From positions 121 to 64,120 of the forward strand of contig REEL01000093.1 in assembly GCA_007695095.1 (NCBI GenBank): a stretch of DNA of 64,000 nt. Direction: 5' to 3'. Source of the DNA: Chitinophagaceae bacterium. GTDB lineage: Bacteria; Bacteroidota; Bacteroidia; Chitinophagales; REEL01. Made by a program: the position numbers and the translations under genes. Positions 38,322-47,807 of the stretch are shown here, piece by piece. Under the pieces are notes generated by a model. That model was not told where the DNA came from and made no database searches. It saw only the letters and a list, made by a program, of their open reading frames with translations. Positions within the stretch are counted from its first letter, which is position 1. Each line of letters opens with the position of its first letter.

Positions 38322-39641
38322 TTGATACAGGAAGCTTCATTTACAGTACCCACAGATTTTAACCTGAGGAAATTTGTATTGAATGAATCTCAAAAGCACA
38401 ACTACTTTTGTGTTTTCTCATCTTCAGATCTTGAGTCTGACATTTACCGGGAATATGATTTTCTGATAGCCGTAGGGTGTCAGAAAAAAATTGAATTATT
38501 CAACGGCGAAAATAGCTTTGAAAAGTTAAATCATTTTGTAAGTAATGCTAAACTAAAGGTTTTTGGAGTGCTTTCTTATGATCTGAAAAATGAGATTTAT
38601 CCGGGATATTTTTCATCCCAAAAAAATACTTTTCCCCATCTGGCATTTTTTGAACCCCTTACTTTAATTTCTAAAAAAGTTAACAGCAATACTGTTTCAA
38701 TTCAAACTTACAGCTCTGAAAAAAAGGATTACTTTATTAATAAATTACAAACTCCTGATATTCAGAGTGAAGCTGATGCAAATCCGCAAACTTCAAATAT
38801 TGATGCTCCTTTCAAGTGCAATTTTACTAAAGAGGAATATACTGCAACCGTAAATAGTATTAAGAATGACTTGGAGTCAGGAGATATTTATGAATTAAAT
38901 CTGTGTTTGGAATTTTCTTCGCAAATGAAAAGATTCAATTCCGGGAGAATCTTCCTTACTTTAAATGAAATGAGTCCTTCACCCTTTTCAGCATTGTTTT
39001 CATTTGGAGATTATAAATTGATAAGCAGCAGCCCCGAACGGTATTTAAAAAATAAAAACGGACACCTAGTAGCCCAGCCGATTAAGGGAACCCGGCAACG
39101 CTCAGCAGATTTTTATACGGATGAAAGACTAAAAGACGAGCTGAGAGAGGATAAGAAAGAGATTGCTGAGAATGTTATGATTGTTGATTTAATGAGAAAT
39201 GATCTGGCTAAAGTTGCTCAAGCGGGAAGCATAGAAGTGCCTGAGCTTTTTAAGATTTACAGTTTTAAGCATGTACATCAAATGATTTCTACAATTACAG
39301 CCACATTAGATGAAAATAAATTTCAATGGTCAGATGCCGTAAAAGCTAGTTTCCCAATGGGTTCAATGACCGGTGCACCAAAGTTAAGAGCGATGGAGAG
39401 AATTGAATTGTATGAGAAAAATGACAGAAAGTGGTATTCCGGTGCATTAGGATATATTAGTCCTAATGGGAGTTTTGATTTGAGCGTAGTAATCAGAAGT
39501 ATACTTTATGATGCGCAATCAGAAAGAATGTCTTTTCAGGCGGGGAGTGCTATAACATGGGATGCTCTTGCTGAAAATGAATGGGAAGAGTGTTTATTAA
39601 AAGCAGAGGCAATGAAAAAAGCTATTCAAAGAAGTCTTTAA
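38322..39641 (+). CDS. pabB: Aminodeoxychorismate synthase component I / anthranilate synthase component I family
   Basis: 'GDIYELNLC', 'SSSPERYL', 'PIKGTRQR', 'IVDLMRNDL' and 'FPMGSMTGAPKLRAME' are chorismate-binding enzyme motifs. The start codon is TTG. Confidence 0.8.
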   Translation: MIQEASFTVPTDFNLRKFVLNESQKHNYFCVFSSSDLESDIYREYDFLIAVGCQKKIELFNGENSFEKLNHFVSNAKLKVFGVLSYDLKNEIYPGYFSSQKNTFPHLAFFEPLTLISKKVNSNTVSIQTYSSEKKDYFINKLQTPDIQSEADANPQTSNIDAPFKCNFTKEEYTATVNSIKNDLESGDIYELNLCLEFSSQMKRFNSGRIFLTLNEMSPSPFSALFSFGDYKLISSSPERYLKNKNGHLVAQPIKGTRQRSADFYTDERLKDELREDKKEIAENVMIVDLMRNDLAKVAQAGSIEVPELFKIYSFKHVHQMISTITATLDENKFQWSDAVKASFPMGSMTGAPKLRAMERIELYEKNDRKWYSGALGYISPNGSFDLSVVIRSILYDAQSERMSFQAGSAITWDALAENEWEECLLKAEAMKKAIQRSL

Positions 39642-39702
39642 TTTTAAAAAACGCTGTCAATAATCGGAAAGAGTTTAAATTTGAACCTAAAATAAACCGG
39701 GT

Positions 39703-40950
39703 TTGAAAAAACTATTACTTTATGTTGGTCCGGGTTTTTTAATGGCCGGTGCTGCAATAGGTGTTTCTCATCTTGTGCAAGCAACCAGAGCAGGTGCTGA
39801 ATATGGATTTGCTTTGCTTTGGGTATTTGTTTTAGCCTGTGTTTCGAAATACCCTTTCATGGAGTTTGGCCCTCGTTATGCGGCAGCAACAGGAAATCAC
39901 CTCATAGAGGGCTACAAAAGTCTTGGGAAATTACCCTATTATATATATGTAGTGATGACACTTGGAACAATGTTCATTATTCAGGCTGTAGTTACTATAG
40001 TTACTGCCGGCTTAGCTGAAAATTTCTTTTCGTTTGGATTTTCTTCTTTTTTCTGGTCAGCAATTATCCTTTTTTTGTGTATTTCTGTTTTAATTATCGG
40101 CAGGTTTTCAGGGTTGGATTTGGTAATGAAAGTGATTATTAGCCTCTTAACTATATCTACACTTTTAGCAGTTTTAGCTGCCTTGTTTTCGGGAAGCTTT
40201 GATGCTGCAACTTCACAAGCTGCACCAAACTATTTCAATGTAGCAGGCTTAATTTTTATCGTTGCATTTATGGGCTGGATGCCAATTCCATTAGATGCAT
40301 CAGTTTGGCACTCAGTATGGTCGGTTCAGAAAATGAAAGAAAGTGGATATAAACCAAGTGTTAAAAATGCTTTTTTAGACTTTAATTTAGGTTATCTGTC
40401 TGCTGCATTAATCGGTTTTTTATTCCTGACTTTGGGAGCGCTTGTTATGTTTGGTACCGGAGAAACTTTTGCTGATAATAGTGTGAATTTTGCTGCTCAG
40501 TTAGTGAATTTATACGGGCAAACGTTAGGTAGTGCTTTTGTTCCTCTTATTGCTTTTGCTGCTCTTATAACAATGTTTAGTACCACTTTAGCCGTGACAG
40601 ATGCTTATCCGAGAGTACTCACAATTCTTTTTCAAAATACAAAAACCCAAACTCGAAACGAAACTAAAGGAGTTGATAGAACTTACGCTGTTTTCTTGTT
40701 TATAATCCCACTGTTTTCTGTTTTGTTATTGTATTTTTTATCGGCAGCTTTCACTACTTTAATTGATTTTGCAACGGCACTTTCTTTTATACTTTCACCG
40801 GTTTTAGGTTGGTACAATTACAAGTTGGTAACTCACAAAAGTATGCCTGAATCTGCAAGACCGGGCAAGGCATTCCGAATTTTTGCAATGGTTTCCTTGT
40901 TTATTCTTGTTAGTTTATCTCTACTATTTGTAGGGATTCGGATTTTTTAA
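39703..40950 (+). CDS. Nramp-fold transporter lacking the canonical DPGN metal-binding motif
   Basis: 'GPGFLMAGAAIGVSHLVQATRAGAEYGFALLWVF' aligns with MntH TM1 '[34 protein letters not shown]', and about 11 TM segments are present. The start codon is TTG. Confidence 0.75.
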   Translation: MKKLLLYVGPGFLMAGAAIGVSHLVQATRAGAEYGFALLWVFVLACVSKYPFMEFGPRYAAATGNHLIEGYKSLGKLPYYIYVVMTLGTMFIIQAVVTIVTAGLAENFFSFGFSSFFWSAIILFLCISVLIIGRFSGLDLVMKVIISLLTISTLLAVLAALFSGSFDAATSQAAPNYFNVAGLIFIVAFMGWMPIPLDASVWHSVWSVQKMKESGYKPSVKNAFLDFNLGYLSAALIGFLFLTLGALVMFGTGETFADNSVNFAAQLVNLYGQTLGSAFVPLIAFAALITMFSTTLAVTDAYPRVLTILFQNTKTQTRNETKGVDRTYAVFLFIIPLFSVLLLYFLSAAFTTLIDFATALSFILSPVLGWYNYKLVTHKSMPESARPGKAFRIFAMVSLFILVSLSLLFVGIRIF

Positions 40951-40953
40951 AAA

Positions 40954-43155
40954 CTACATTACAATAAACTGATCGATGATAGTTTTTTCTGAGCTGTTTA
41001 ATTGTATTAGATAACTTCCTTTTTTCAAATGTTCAATGGGTATTTGCAAAGAGTTTTGCATTGAAAAATCTGCATGTTTTTCTAAAATTAAACGTCCGTT
41101 TAAATCAAAAATCCTATAAGATTCTACCGGTATAGTTGTTTCTACAAAAAGTATTTGTGAAGCCGGATTTGGATAAATTTTTGTACTCTCGGGAGCAATG
41201 GAAAAATCGTTTATAGAAACTACGGTTTCAGCAACTAAAACTGCTGCCAGTGCATTAATTTTTCCCCAACCCCAGTTCAGAGTCCCTTCAGGGCCTATTT
41301 CTCCGGTTCTGTTATCAAGTCTGGCAGTTTCTTTAAGAATTTCCTTAACTCTTGTGGCAGAAATCAGCGGACTGGCCTGAAGCATAAGCGCAACGATACC
41401 GGTAACTGCCGGGCCCGACATAGAAGTCCCGGAATAAGTTGAGAACGGGAAGTTTTTACCTTCAAATTCAACAGTAAAATCAATAATACCCGGACTGGGA
41501 TCAAAGGAGTTTACGGATGAGGTTACATCTTGCCCCGGAGCTGTAATATCCGGTTTTGTGCGGCCATCGACCGTTGGGCCTTTACTTGAAAAGTTTGATA
41601 TATTCCCAAAGCCCAGATTCCCGTTTGGAAGTATTCTTTCAGCTTTATATGATCCGACTGTAATGACATTTTTTCCAACTCCGGCAGGTTCACCTAAACC
41701 GTAATCAGGATTACCTTGTACTGCACCCGGATAATTTGAACTAAGGGTTCTGCCCCAATTTGTGTATCTGTTATTCATACGGACATTATTCCAAATGTGA
41801 ACAGTAGCATCATCACTAACCATATACAATACGGTCTTTAAATTTGATGTATTTCTAACTTCAAACCGAATATTTGGTTTGTCATTGAGTGCTGATTGGC
41901 TGACACTTTGCATTCTTAAAATTAATGTATCGCCTGCATTCGGAAGTAAAATAGTATCATTGAGTGCAGGTTCATCAGCAGAATTAAAGAAAGCAGTTTC
42001 ATAAACAGGTATATTGTTGTTATCGACCAGCTTAAGCGCTACGGCAAATGAGCTAAATTCAGAACCCCACATAGAAAGGGTTTGCCCGAAACTTTCAGAC
42101 ATTATAGGTGTAAAAGTAACCACTGTTTTTAAGGTGTCACCATCTTCTGTAAAATCGTGTTTCAGGTGAAAATTATTATTTCCGTTGTTTCCGGCAGAGC
42201 CAACGAATACTTGCCCTGCTCCGGCATAATAATCAATTCCCTGATTTTTCAATGAAGTTCCGTCGTGCGGGCCAAGGTGACTGCCAAAACTCATATTAAC
42301 TACATAAGGTTTACCAACAGAAGCAGCATAATCAGTGACATAATTATAAGCATCTACTAATGAAGGAGCATCTCTTCTGAGGGAAATAAAAATTAATTCT
42401 GCCTCAGGTGCAGTTCCAACATGTTCTGAGCCGGCACCATTTCCACCGGCAATTCCGCCAACATGAGTACCGTGAGAGCCCGGACCAAAAACATATAAAG
42501 TGTCTTGTTCTGCTGCCAGTAATTCAGCCATTCCAACGTATTCTGTGCCGAAATTATAACCGTCAGGTGGAGGTCCACTCATTTTATTTTGATCCCAAGC
42601 TCTGGTCAATCTCAAATTCTCCATGTTTTCATCATAAAAGACAGGGTGTGTATAGTCAAAGCCCCAATCAATAATTACTACAATAACACCGTCACCTTTG
42701 TAGGGCATTTCAAGGCCGCCTAAACCGGCGTGCACACTGTCTGTTCGTGTATCAGGTATTGAAAACTCCATCTCAGGAGAGACCGTTTCGCCGGTTTCTA
42801 TATAACGCATACCGGGTAATTGCATCACATTTTTTAGATGCTGAATAGGGATACGTAAAGAAATCATATGTCCCAAATCTGCTGATAAATGCACATTGTA
42901 TTGCCTCAAATCAGCGCGCTTAAAATCATCATTAACCAATGCAAGGGCTCCGACAAAATAAATATTATCTTTTCTAAAAAGATTGTACTCTTCAATTATT
43001 TCAGGTGAAATATCACCTACTTCACCATTTTCGGAAATATAGGGAGCAATAGCTTCCATATAAAATTTAGTGCAAACAGAAGCCTGAGCGTTACCAAATG
43101 CATATTGAAGAGTAAAAATAAATATGAAAGCGAGGGTTAAAAAATGTTTAATCAT
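40954..43155 (-). CDS. Secreted S8 (subtilisin-like) serine peptidase with T9SS type A CTD
   Basis: Catalytic triad contexts 'VVIIDWGFD', 'GSHGTHVGGIAGG' and 'GTSMSGPAVTG'. The CTD is 'KIYPNPASQILFV...GSYLIQL...QFIVM'. Confidence 0.85.
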   Translation of the reverse strand: MIKHFLTLAFIFIFTLQYAFGNAQASVCTKFYMEAIAPYISENGEVGDISPEIIEEYNLFRKDNIYFVGALALVNDDFKRADLRQYNVHLSADLGHMISLRIPIQHLKNVMQLPGMRYIETGETVSPEMEFSIPDTRTDSVHAGLGGLEMPYKGDGVIVVIIDWGFDYTHPVFYDENMENLRLTRAWDQNKMSGPPPDGYNFGTEYVGMAELLAAEQDTLYVFGPGSHGTHVGGIAGGNGAGSEHVGTAPEAELIFISLRRDAPSLVDAYNYVTDYAASVGKPYVVNMSFGSHLGPHDGTSLKNQGIDYYAGAGQVFVGSAGNNGNNNFHLKHDFTEDGDTLKTVVTFTPIMSESFGQTLSMWGSEFSSFAVALKLVDNNNIPVYETAFFNSADEPALNDTILLPNAGDTLILRMQSVSQSALNDKPNIRFEVRNTSNLKTVLYMVSDDATVHIWNNVRMNNRYTNWGRTLSSNYPGAVQGNPDYGLGEPAGVGKNVITVGSYKAERILPNGNLGFGNISNFSSKGPTVDGRTKPDITAPGQDVTSSVNSFDPSPGIIDFTVEFEGKNFPFSTYSGTSMSGPAVTGIVALMLQASPLISATRVKEILKETARLDNRTGEIGPEGTLNWGWGKINALAAVLVAETVVSINDFSIAPESTKIYPNPASQILFVETTIPVESYRIFDLNGRLILEKHADFSMQNSLQIPIEHLKKGSYLIQLNSSEKTIIDQFIVM

Positions 43156-43204
43156 AATGTGTATTGTTAAAAAAGTCTTTCTTCTATCTAAGTTACGAAT
43201 AATT

Positions 43205-44839
43205 TCAAAATCTCTTTGTTTTTCCCTTTACAAAAGCAAAAAGCAAAGACATAATAGAAAGTAGTATTGCAAGCCTGCTAATATAATCACCATACCTTAT
43301 GTAAAAGGTTTTATAGTCATTGAAATAGATAACACCTCTTATTACTGCCGGCTCCCAAAACTCTGTTGGTTGTAATATGTCGCCTCTTTGGTTTATAAAA
43401 GCCGATATGCCGGTATTTGCGGAACGTGCAATACTTTTACGTCCTTCTATAGCTCGAAGTGATGAAAAATAAAGGTGTTGTTTATAGCCGGGAGTATCAT
43501 CCCACCAACCGTCATTGGTAACAATAAAAATGGCATTTGCGCCATTGTTAATATACTCAGCTACATGCTCTCCGTAAACAGACTCATAGCAGATAACAGG
43601 AGCTATTCCTTTATTATCTTCTGTAAAAAACACACCTCTGTAATCCTGCCTTCCCAGACTTCCGGATATTCCTCCCAAATCGATAGTCAGGGGAGCCAAA
43701 AATTTGAAAATTCCCGGATAAGGCATTCGCTCAACACCGGGAACGAGTTTTGATTTATGATATAATTGAAGTACACGACTGGTATCTAATTGAACCGCCG
43801 AGTTAAAAGCATCATAGCAACAATCCCCGGAACGATAGCGACGGGCAGTTGGAGTCGGGGGCTCAGTTACATCTGTGTATCTTATGTACGCAGAAATACC
43901 TGTTACCAGGCTAATATGCGGATATTTTTGTTCGAGGAAATCGTATATTCTGTTAACGTGTTTGTCATTTTCAATTTGATCTAACCAGACACCTCTTGGT
44001 AAAGCTGTTTCCGGGAAAACGATATAATCTGTATTTTCATCACTAAGGCTGTCGGCTAATGAAAGCATTCTTTCGAGTTGCTCATCTACAGTTTCTTCAA
44101 TAAATTTTTCTCCGTAAGGATCAACATTTGGTTGAACCACTACTATATCAACAGGGTAGCCTTTTTCTTCATAATTGTAATAGATAGCAAATGAAATACC
44201 AATTGGTATCACAAAGATTAAAAGATAGGAAATTAAAGGATGAGGAAGCTTATATCTGCTTTTTTTGGTTTCAGATGATTTCTCAATAAAAGTGTGTTTT
44301 ATCCAGAGAAAGAAAAGTAAGTTTAAAAGTAAAATCCAAAGCGTACCGCCAAACATTCCAGTATATTCATACCACTGAATGAGACTTGGATAATAGCTAA
44401 AAACATTCCCAAGACTTAACCATGGCCAGGTAAATTCCCATTGATGATGAATGTGTTCAAACGAAAGCCAAAATGCAATTAAACTAAAGTATCCGGTAGC
44501 TTCTGTGGTTCTTTTTTTCACAACATGAAAAAGTAAAACCGGAATACTCATTAACAAGGCATTGAGCATATTCGCTGCAATTGCTCCGGGGAGTGTTGAA
44601 TAATAAATCCACCAGGTTGTAGGGGCGTTCCAGGCTATAAAAAAGATATAAACATAAAAAAAGAGGGCAGCATTAGTATTACTATTCTGTCTTTTTGATA
44701 TGACATGTTCCAAAATAAAAATTACGGAAAAGGCAACACATGCCAACGGGAATATAGCGATAGGTGGCCATGAGAGCCACATAAAAAGGCCTCCTATTAC
44801 AGAGATGAAAAATAAAAAGGAAAACTTATCTTTAAACAC
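43205..44839 (-). CDS. lnt: Apolipoprotein N-acyltransferase
   Basis: N-terminal multi-TM region plus a CN-hydrolase domain ('VVVQPNVDP', 'IVFPETAL', 'HKSKLVPGVE', 'VICYESVY'). The start codon is GTG. Confidence 0.85.
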   Translation of the reverse strand: MFKDKFSFLFFISVIGGLFMWLSWPPIAIFPLACVAFSVIFILEHVISKRQNSNTNAALFFYVYIFFIAWNAPTTWWIYYSTLPGAIAANMLNALLMSIPVLLFHVVKKRTTEATGYFSLIAFWLSFEHIHHQWEFTWPWLSLGNVFSYYPSLIQWYEYTGMFGGTLWILLLNLLFFLWIKHTFIEKSSETKKSRYKLPHPLISYLLIFVIPIGISFAIYYNYEEKGYPVDIVVVQPNVDPYGEKFIEETVDEQLERMLSLADSLSDENTDYIVFPETALPRGVWLDQIENDKHVNRIYDFLEQKYPHISLVTGISAYIRYTDVTEPPTPTARRYRSGDCCYDAFNSAVQLDTSRVLQLYHKSKLVPGVERMPYPGIFKFLAPLTIDLGGISGSLGRQDYRGVFFTEDNKGIAPVICYESVYGEHVAEYINNGANAIFIVTNDGWWDDTPGYKQHLYFSSLRAIEGRKSIARSANTGISAFINQRGDILQPTEFWEPAVIRGVIYFNDYKTFYIRYGDYISRLAILLSIMSLLFAFVKGKTKRF

Positions 44840-44858
44840 GCTTTTTTTTGCTTGGTGA

Positions 44859-44866
44859 CAAATATA
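44859..44866 (-). promoter_or_regulatory. TAnnTTTG -7 box upstream of lnt
   Basis: The minus strand reads TATATTTG, 20 nt upstream of the GTG start at 44839. Confidence 0.4.
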
Positions 44867-44915
44867 TAGGTTTTGCGTTTTTCTTTAGTCAAAAAAAGAA
44901 GAAACATTTGTTAAA

Positions 44916-45851
44916 TCAATATCCGAAACCGAAGACTCTGGATATATTAAAACCTAATCTGAATTCTCCGTCCAGCCAGGAGGAAGTAGTGTAAGGGATA
45001 AAATCACTTTCCAAAATACCCTTTGAATTACTGAAGTTTAAATGAAAAACATGGCCACCGGTTTCAAACTCAATTCCAATACCGAGTGGATTTTTAAACT
45101 CTTCATTTTCCCGTCTGTATTCTGAAAACGGATAAAAGTAGTCAATAATTATAGCGGTACGTCTGGTTATATTAATTCTTGCACCTGCACCGAGCGCAAA
45201 AAGTGTATTTTCATCTTCAAATCTGACGAAATTACGGTGGATAACTGTTGGTAAAAGTTGTAATGACATCACATCTCCGAATTTTCTACCAATAATTAGC
45301 TGACTGGTGTAGCTAAGTCTGTGGGCAAACTTTTGAAAAGCTGCTTCTGAATATTCTACTAATGAAGGTGCGCGGGTAGATATTGAACTGCTCAACATAG
45401 CGGTTACCGTAAAAGGCATGGAGTTGTCGTTCATTTGTTTAAGAATTCTGTATTTCACAAAACCTTCAAAATTTTTAGTAATTTGAGCTGATCCTTTAGT
45501 TCTACCGATGCCAACCATTAAATTATCAGTAATACCGTATTCAAAGCCTATACGTATATCCGTAACTCTATCGAAACCATAAAAATTAGAAAGCCCTCCC
45601 TGATCACCAAGTATGTCGTCAAATCTGTGAGCAACCCTGAAGTCAAGAGAGCGTTTGGGTAAAGTTTCAACTGTATGGCCTAAAATTAAGCGGGTCGTTT
45701 TGAAAGTAGCTTGTATGGGTTGAGACGTAGGTGTGTCATCAATCTCATCCAGTATGGCAAAAGGGTCATCATCAGCTGACAGACAGGAAAAGACAATGAG
45801 AAAAAAAAATATACTTGTTAATTTACCGGCCATAATGTTGTTTTTTATCAT
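44916..45851 (-). CDS. Outer-membrane beta-barrel protein (probably DUF5777 family)
   Basis: Signal/lipobox-like 'LTSIFFFLIVFSC', strand-like alternation, and a C-terminal '...NISRVFGFGY'. The ATGA start/stop overlap with the upstream YceI-like gene indicates co-translation. Confidence 0.6.
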   Translation of the reverse strand: MIKNNIMAGKLTSIFFFLIVFSCLSADDDPFAILDEIDDTPTSQPIQATFKTTRLILGHTVETLPKRSLDFRVAHRFDDILGDQGGLSNFYGFDRVTDIRIGFEYGITDNLMVGIGRTKGSAQITKNFEGFVKYRILKQMNDNSMPFTVTAMLSSSISTRAPSLVEYSEAAFQKFAHRLSYTSQLIIGRKFGDVMSLQLLPTVIHRNFVRFEDENTLFALGAGARINITRRTAIIIDYFYPFSEYRRENEEFKNPLGIGIEFETGGHVFHLNFSNSKGILESDFIPYTTSSWLDGEFRLGFNISRVFGFGY

Positions 45852-46411
45852 TGATTATGTGGTTTGTACTCAATTTTTACGGTGACGAGTATTTCTTCCG
45901 CTATGTTTCTTGTAAGCATTCTTGGTACTTTTATGTCGTGATCTTCTAATTTGACAATGAATTCACTGGTAGCTAAAATTTTCCCGTCTTTGATTTCAAT
46001 AGTTCCCGGGATAGTCATTTCTTTTTCAATATCCCGCATCTCCATGGTTCCTTCTAAAGTTACTTTATGTTTTCCGTTTTTTGTAAAGTCTATATCTTCA
46101 ACAATCTGAGCTCTGAGGTTAGCCAATGGATATTTATCACTTTCCATATAGTTGTCATTGAAATGTTCCTGCATCAGCCCATTTCTAAACTGAAAAGTAT
46201 TTATAGCTACTCGACTTGCTACTTGTCTGTTTCTGGTATTTAAAACTGAAACAAGTTTTTTAGAGGTAGCGTCAATATTTTCTAAGGGTGCTTCAGAAAA
46301 AAAAGTAATTTGCCCTTCCTGGGTTGTCCAGGTTTGGGTATGAGCATTCGAATGGAATATAATAAATAGAATCACAGTAAAAACAAACGGGAGTACAAAT
46401 GATTTTTTCAT
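45848..46411 (-). CDS. YceI-like (polyisoprenoid/lipid-binding lipocalin-fold) periplasmic protein
   Basis: Signal peptide 'MKKSFVLPFVFTVILFIIFHSNAHTQ'. 'MQEHFNDNYMESDKYPLANL' and 'VTLEGTMEMRDIEKEMTIPGTIE' fit the YceI pattern (RD-H...FFD...YP...F ; G-LT--G-T). Confidence 0.7.
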   Translation of the reverse strand: MKKSFVLPFVFTVILFIIFHSNAHTQTWTTQEGQITFFSEAPLENIDATSKKLVSVLNTRNRQVASRVAINTFQFRNGLMQEHFNDNYMESDKYPLANLRAQIVEDIDFTKNGKHKVTLEGTMEMRDIEKEMTIPGTIEIKDGKILATSEFIVKLEDHDIKVPRMLTRNIAEEILVTVKIEYKPHNQ

Positions 46412-46506
46412 AACAAACTATTTAAGTAAAATGGGTAATCCACATTTTAGTGAATTACCTGAGATTTTTAAGTATTCTAAAAAGATCGAGCAAATAACAT
46501 TCCAAC

Positions 46507-46935
46507 TTAATTTTGCGGATAACCATCATTTACCCAACACTTGAGAATTTCCAACTCAAATGTTTGTAACCTTCTGGATTCAGGTACATTGCCCGGAGGC
46601 ATATTTTGTACTTCAAAGACCCTTTGTTGAAAACTGCCATTTTCCAATGATTCTTTTATCCCTTCATAAGTAGTGAAATCTCCGTAGGGAGACAACATCC
46701 CATGACAGCCGGGATACGCGCAACTGTTGTTGACGATGGGTTGTACATCAATTACAAAAGAATAAAAGTTATCAATGCATAACTCCACATCAAATGGAGA
46801 CTCTGCCTTGTCTTTTGTACAGGCAGTATGAAAAACTGAAATGCAAACAGCAATCAACAGTGTTATTATCCAGGATTTGTATTTCAGCTGTTTGATACTA
46901 TCTGATAAAAACTTTAAAATATTCTTGCTTTTCAT
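46507..46935 (-). CDS. Small exported (lipoprotein-like) protein with CAYPGCHG (C-X4-CH) motif; the C-terminal half is reminiscent of PSCyt1-type cytochrome c domains
   Basis: 'WIITLLIAVCISVFHTAC' signal/lipobox-like segment. CAYPGCH is encoded at nt 46702-46722. '...VQNMPPGNVPESRRLQTFELEILKCWVNDGYP' follows. The start overlaps the upstream gene by 38 nt. Confidence 0.6.
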   Translation of the reverse strand: MKSKNILKFLSDSIKQLKYKSWIITLLIAVCISVFHTACTKDKAESPFDVELCIDNFYSFVIDVQPIVNNSCAYPGCHGMLSPYGDFTTYEGIKESLENGSFQQRVFEVQNMPPGNVPESRRLQTFELEILKCWVNDGYPQN

Positions 46936-47737
46936 TAACTTTTATTTCCAAAAAATATAAGCCTGTATTCAGGTTATTATTTAAACTCAAAATATACTCT
47001 AATTGATAGTTGGCCGGCAGATTTTCGAATTGCTGTACCAGTTTACCGCTTGTGTTATAAAGGTTAAATACCGGATTATTTTCAAAACTGTTTTCCAAAT
47101 TTACCTTTATAAATTCTGAAGCAGGATTCGGATAAATCTGAACATTTTTTGCACCTGCTGCAACCAAATTATCTGAAGTTAAAATCCCTTCAGTTGTTAC
47201 TTTTAAAACGCCTGTGAAAATATTCCCGGCAGCTACACCTCCACCTGTTGAAGCGTTAGTGGCTACATGAAAGCTTATAGTTCCTACATCACTGTCGGGA
47301 GCTTCCCATTTAAAAACCCATGCATTATCACCGATTGCATCCCGATGTCCTACGTATTCTTTTCCGCCAACGGTAACCAAACTGGTTTTTGTAGGATTAG
47401 AAAGAGAAATTTTTCCTGCCTGATTTCCATTATCATCAATAGCTACAAGTGAAAAGCCGAAAAGTGACCTGTTCGGAGCATTGTTCGTTACTGTGATATT
47501 ATATTCCTGTCCCGGATTATAACCGCCACTCAATAGTCCGGGAGGTGCTGTATTTATAGTAGCAATTGCGTTGTTAAAAGTAGCCGATCCTCCATGGCAA
47601 CCTGCCGTAGCACATGTTAACTCACCGGGAGCGCCGGTATGTCCCGGAGGAGGTTGTGAAATATTCGTTTGTGCAGTTGACCAAACAATTACAATCATTG
47701 CGGCTAATATGAAAGCCAGAGTTTTTTTAGTATTCAT
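46898..47737 (-). CDS. Secreted Reeler-like domain protein with CATAGCHG (C-X4-CH) motif and T9SS type A CTD
   Basis: Signal peptide 'TLAFILAAMIVIVWSTAQ'. 'GHTGAPGELTCATAGCHGG' (nt 47594-47614). 'LFGFSLVAIDDNGNQAG' and 'WVFKWEAPDSDVGTISFHVATN' fit the Reeler-domain pattern. The CTD is 'QIYPNPASEFIKVN...GLYFLEI...KVFIR'. Confidence 0.65.
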   Translation of the reverse strand: MNTKKTLAFILAAMIVIVWSTAQTNISQPPPGHTGAPGELTCATAGCHGGSATFNNAIATINTAPPGLLSGGYNPGQEYNITVTNNAPNRSLFGFSLVAIDDNGNQAGKISLSNPTKTSLVTVGGKEYVGHRDAIGDNAWVFKWEAPDSDVGTISFHVATNASTGGGVAAGNIFTGVLKVTTEGILTSDNLVAAGAKNVQIYPNPASEFIKVNLENSFENNPVFNLYNTSGKLVQQFENLPANYQLEYILSLNNNLNTGLYFLEIKVNEKQEYFKVFIR

Positions 47738-47807
47738 AAGTGTTTTTTTTCTGCAATATAATCAAAATGAATTCTATCTCCATTAGAATTTCAAATTTTT
47801 TCAAAAA

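Noticed and set aside
46702-47614. Calling the two C-X4-CH proteins canonical c-type cytochromes
   Set aside because: The motif is C-A-x-x-G-C-H, with four residues between the cysteines, not CXXCH. Haem attachment is therefore only a hypothesis and is reported as such, not as an annotation.
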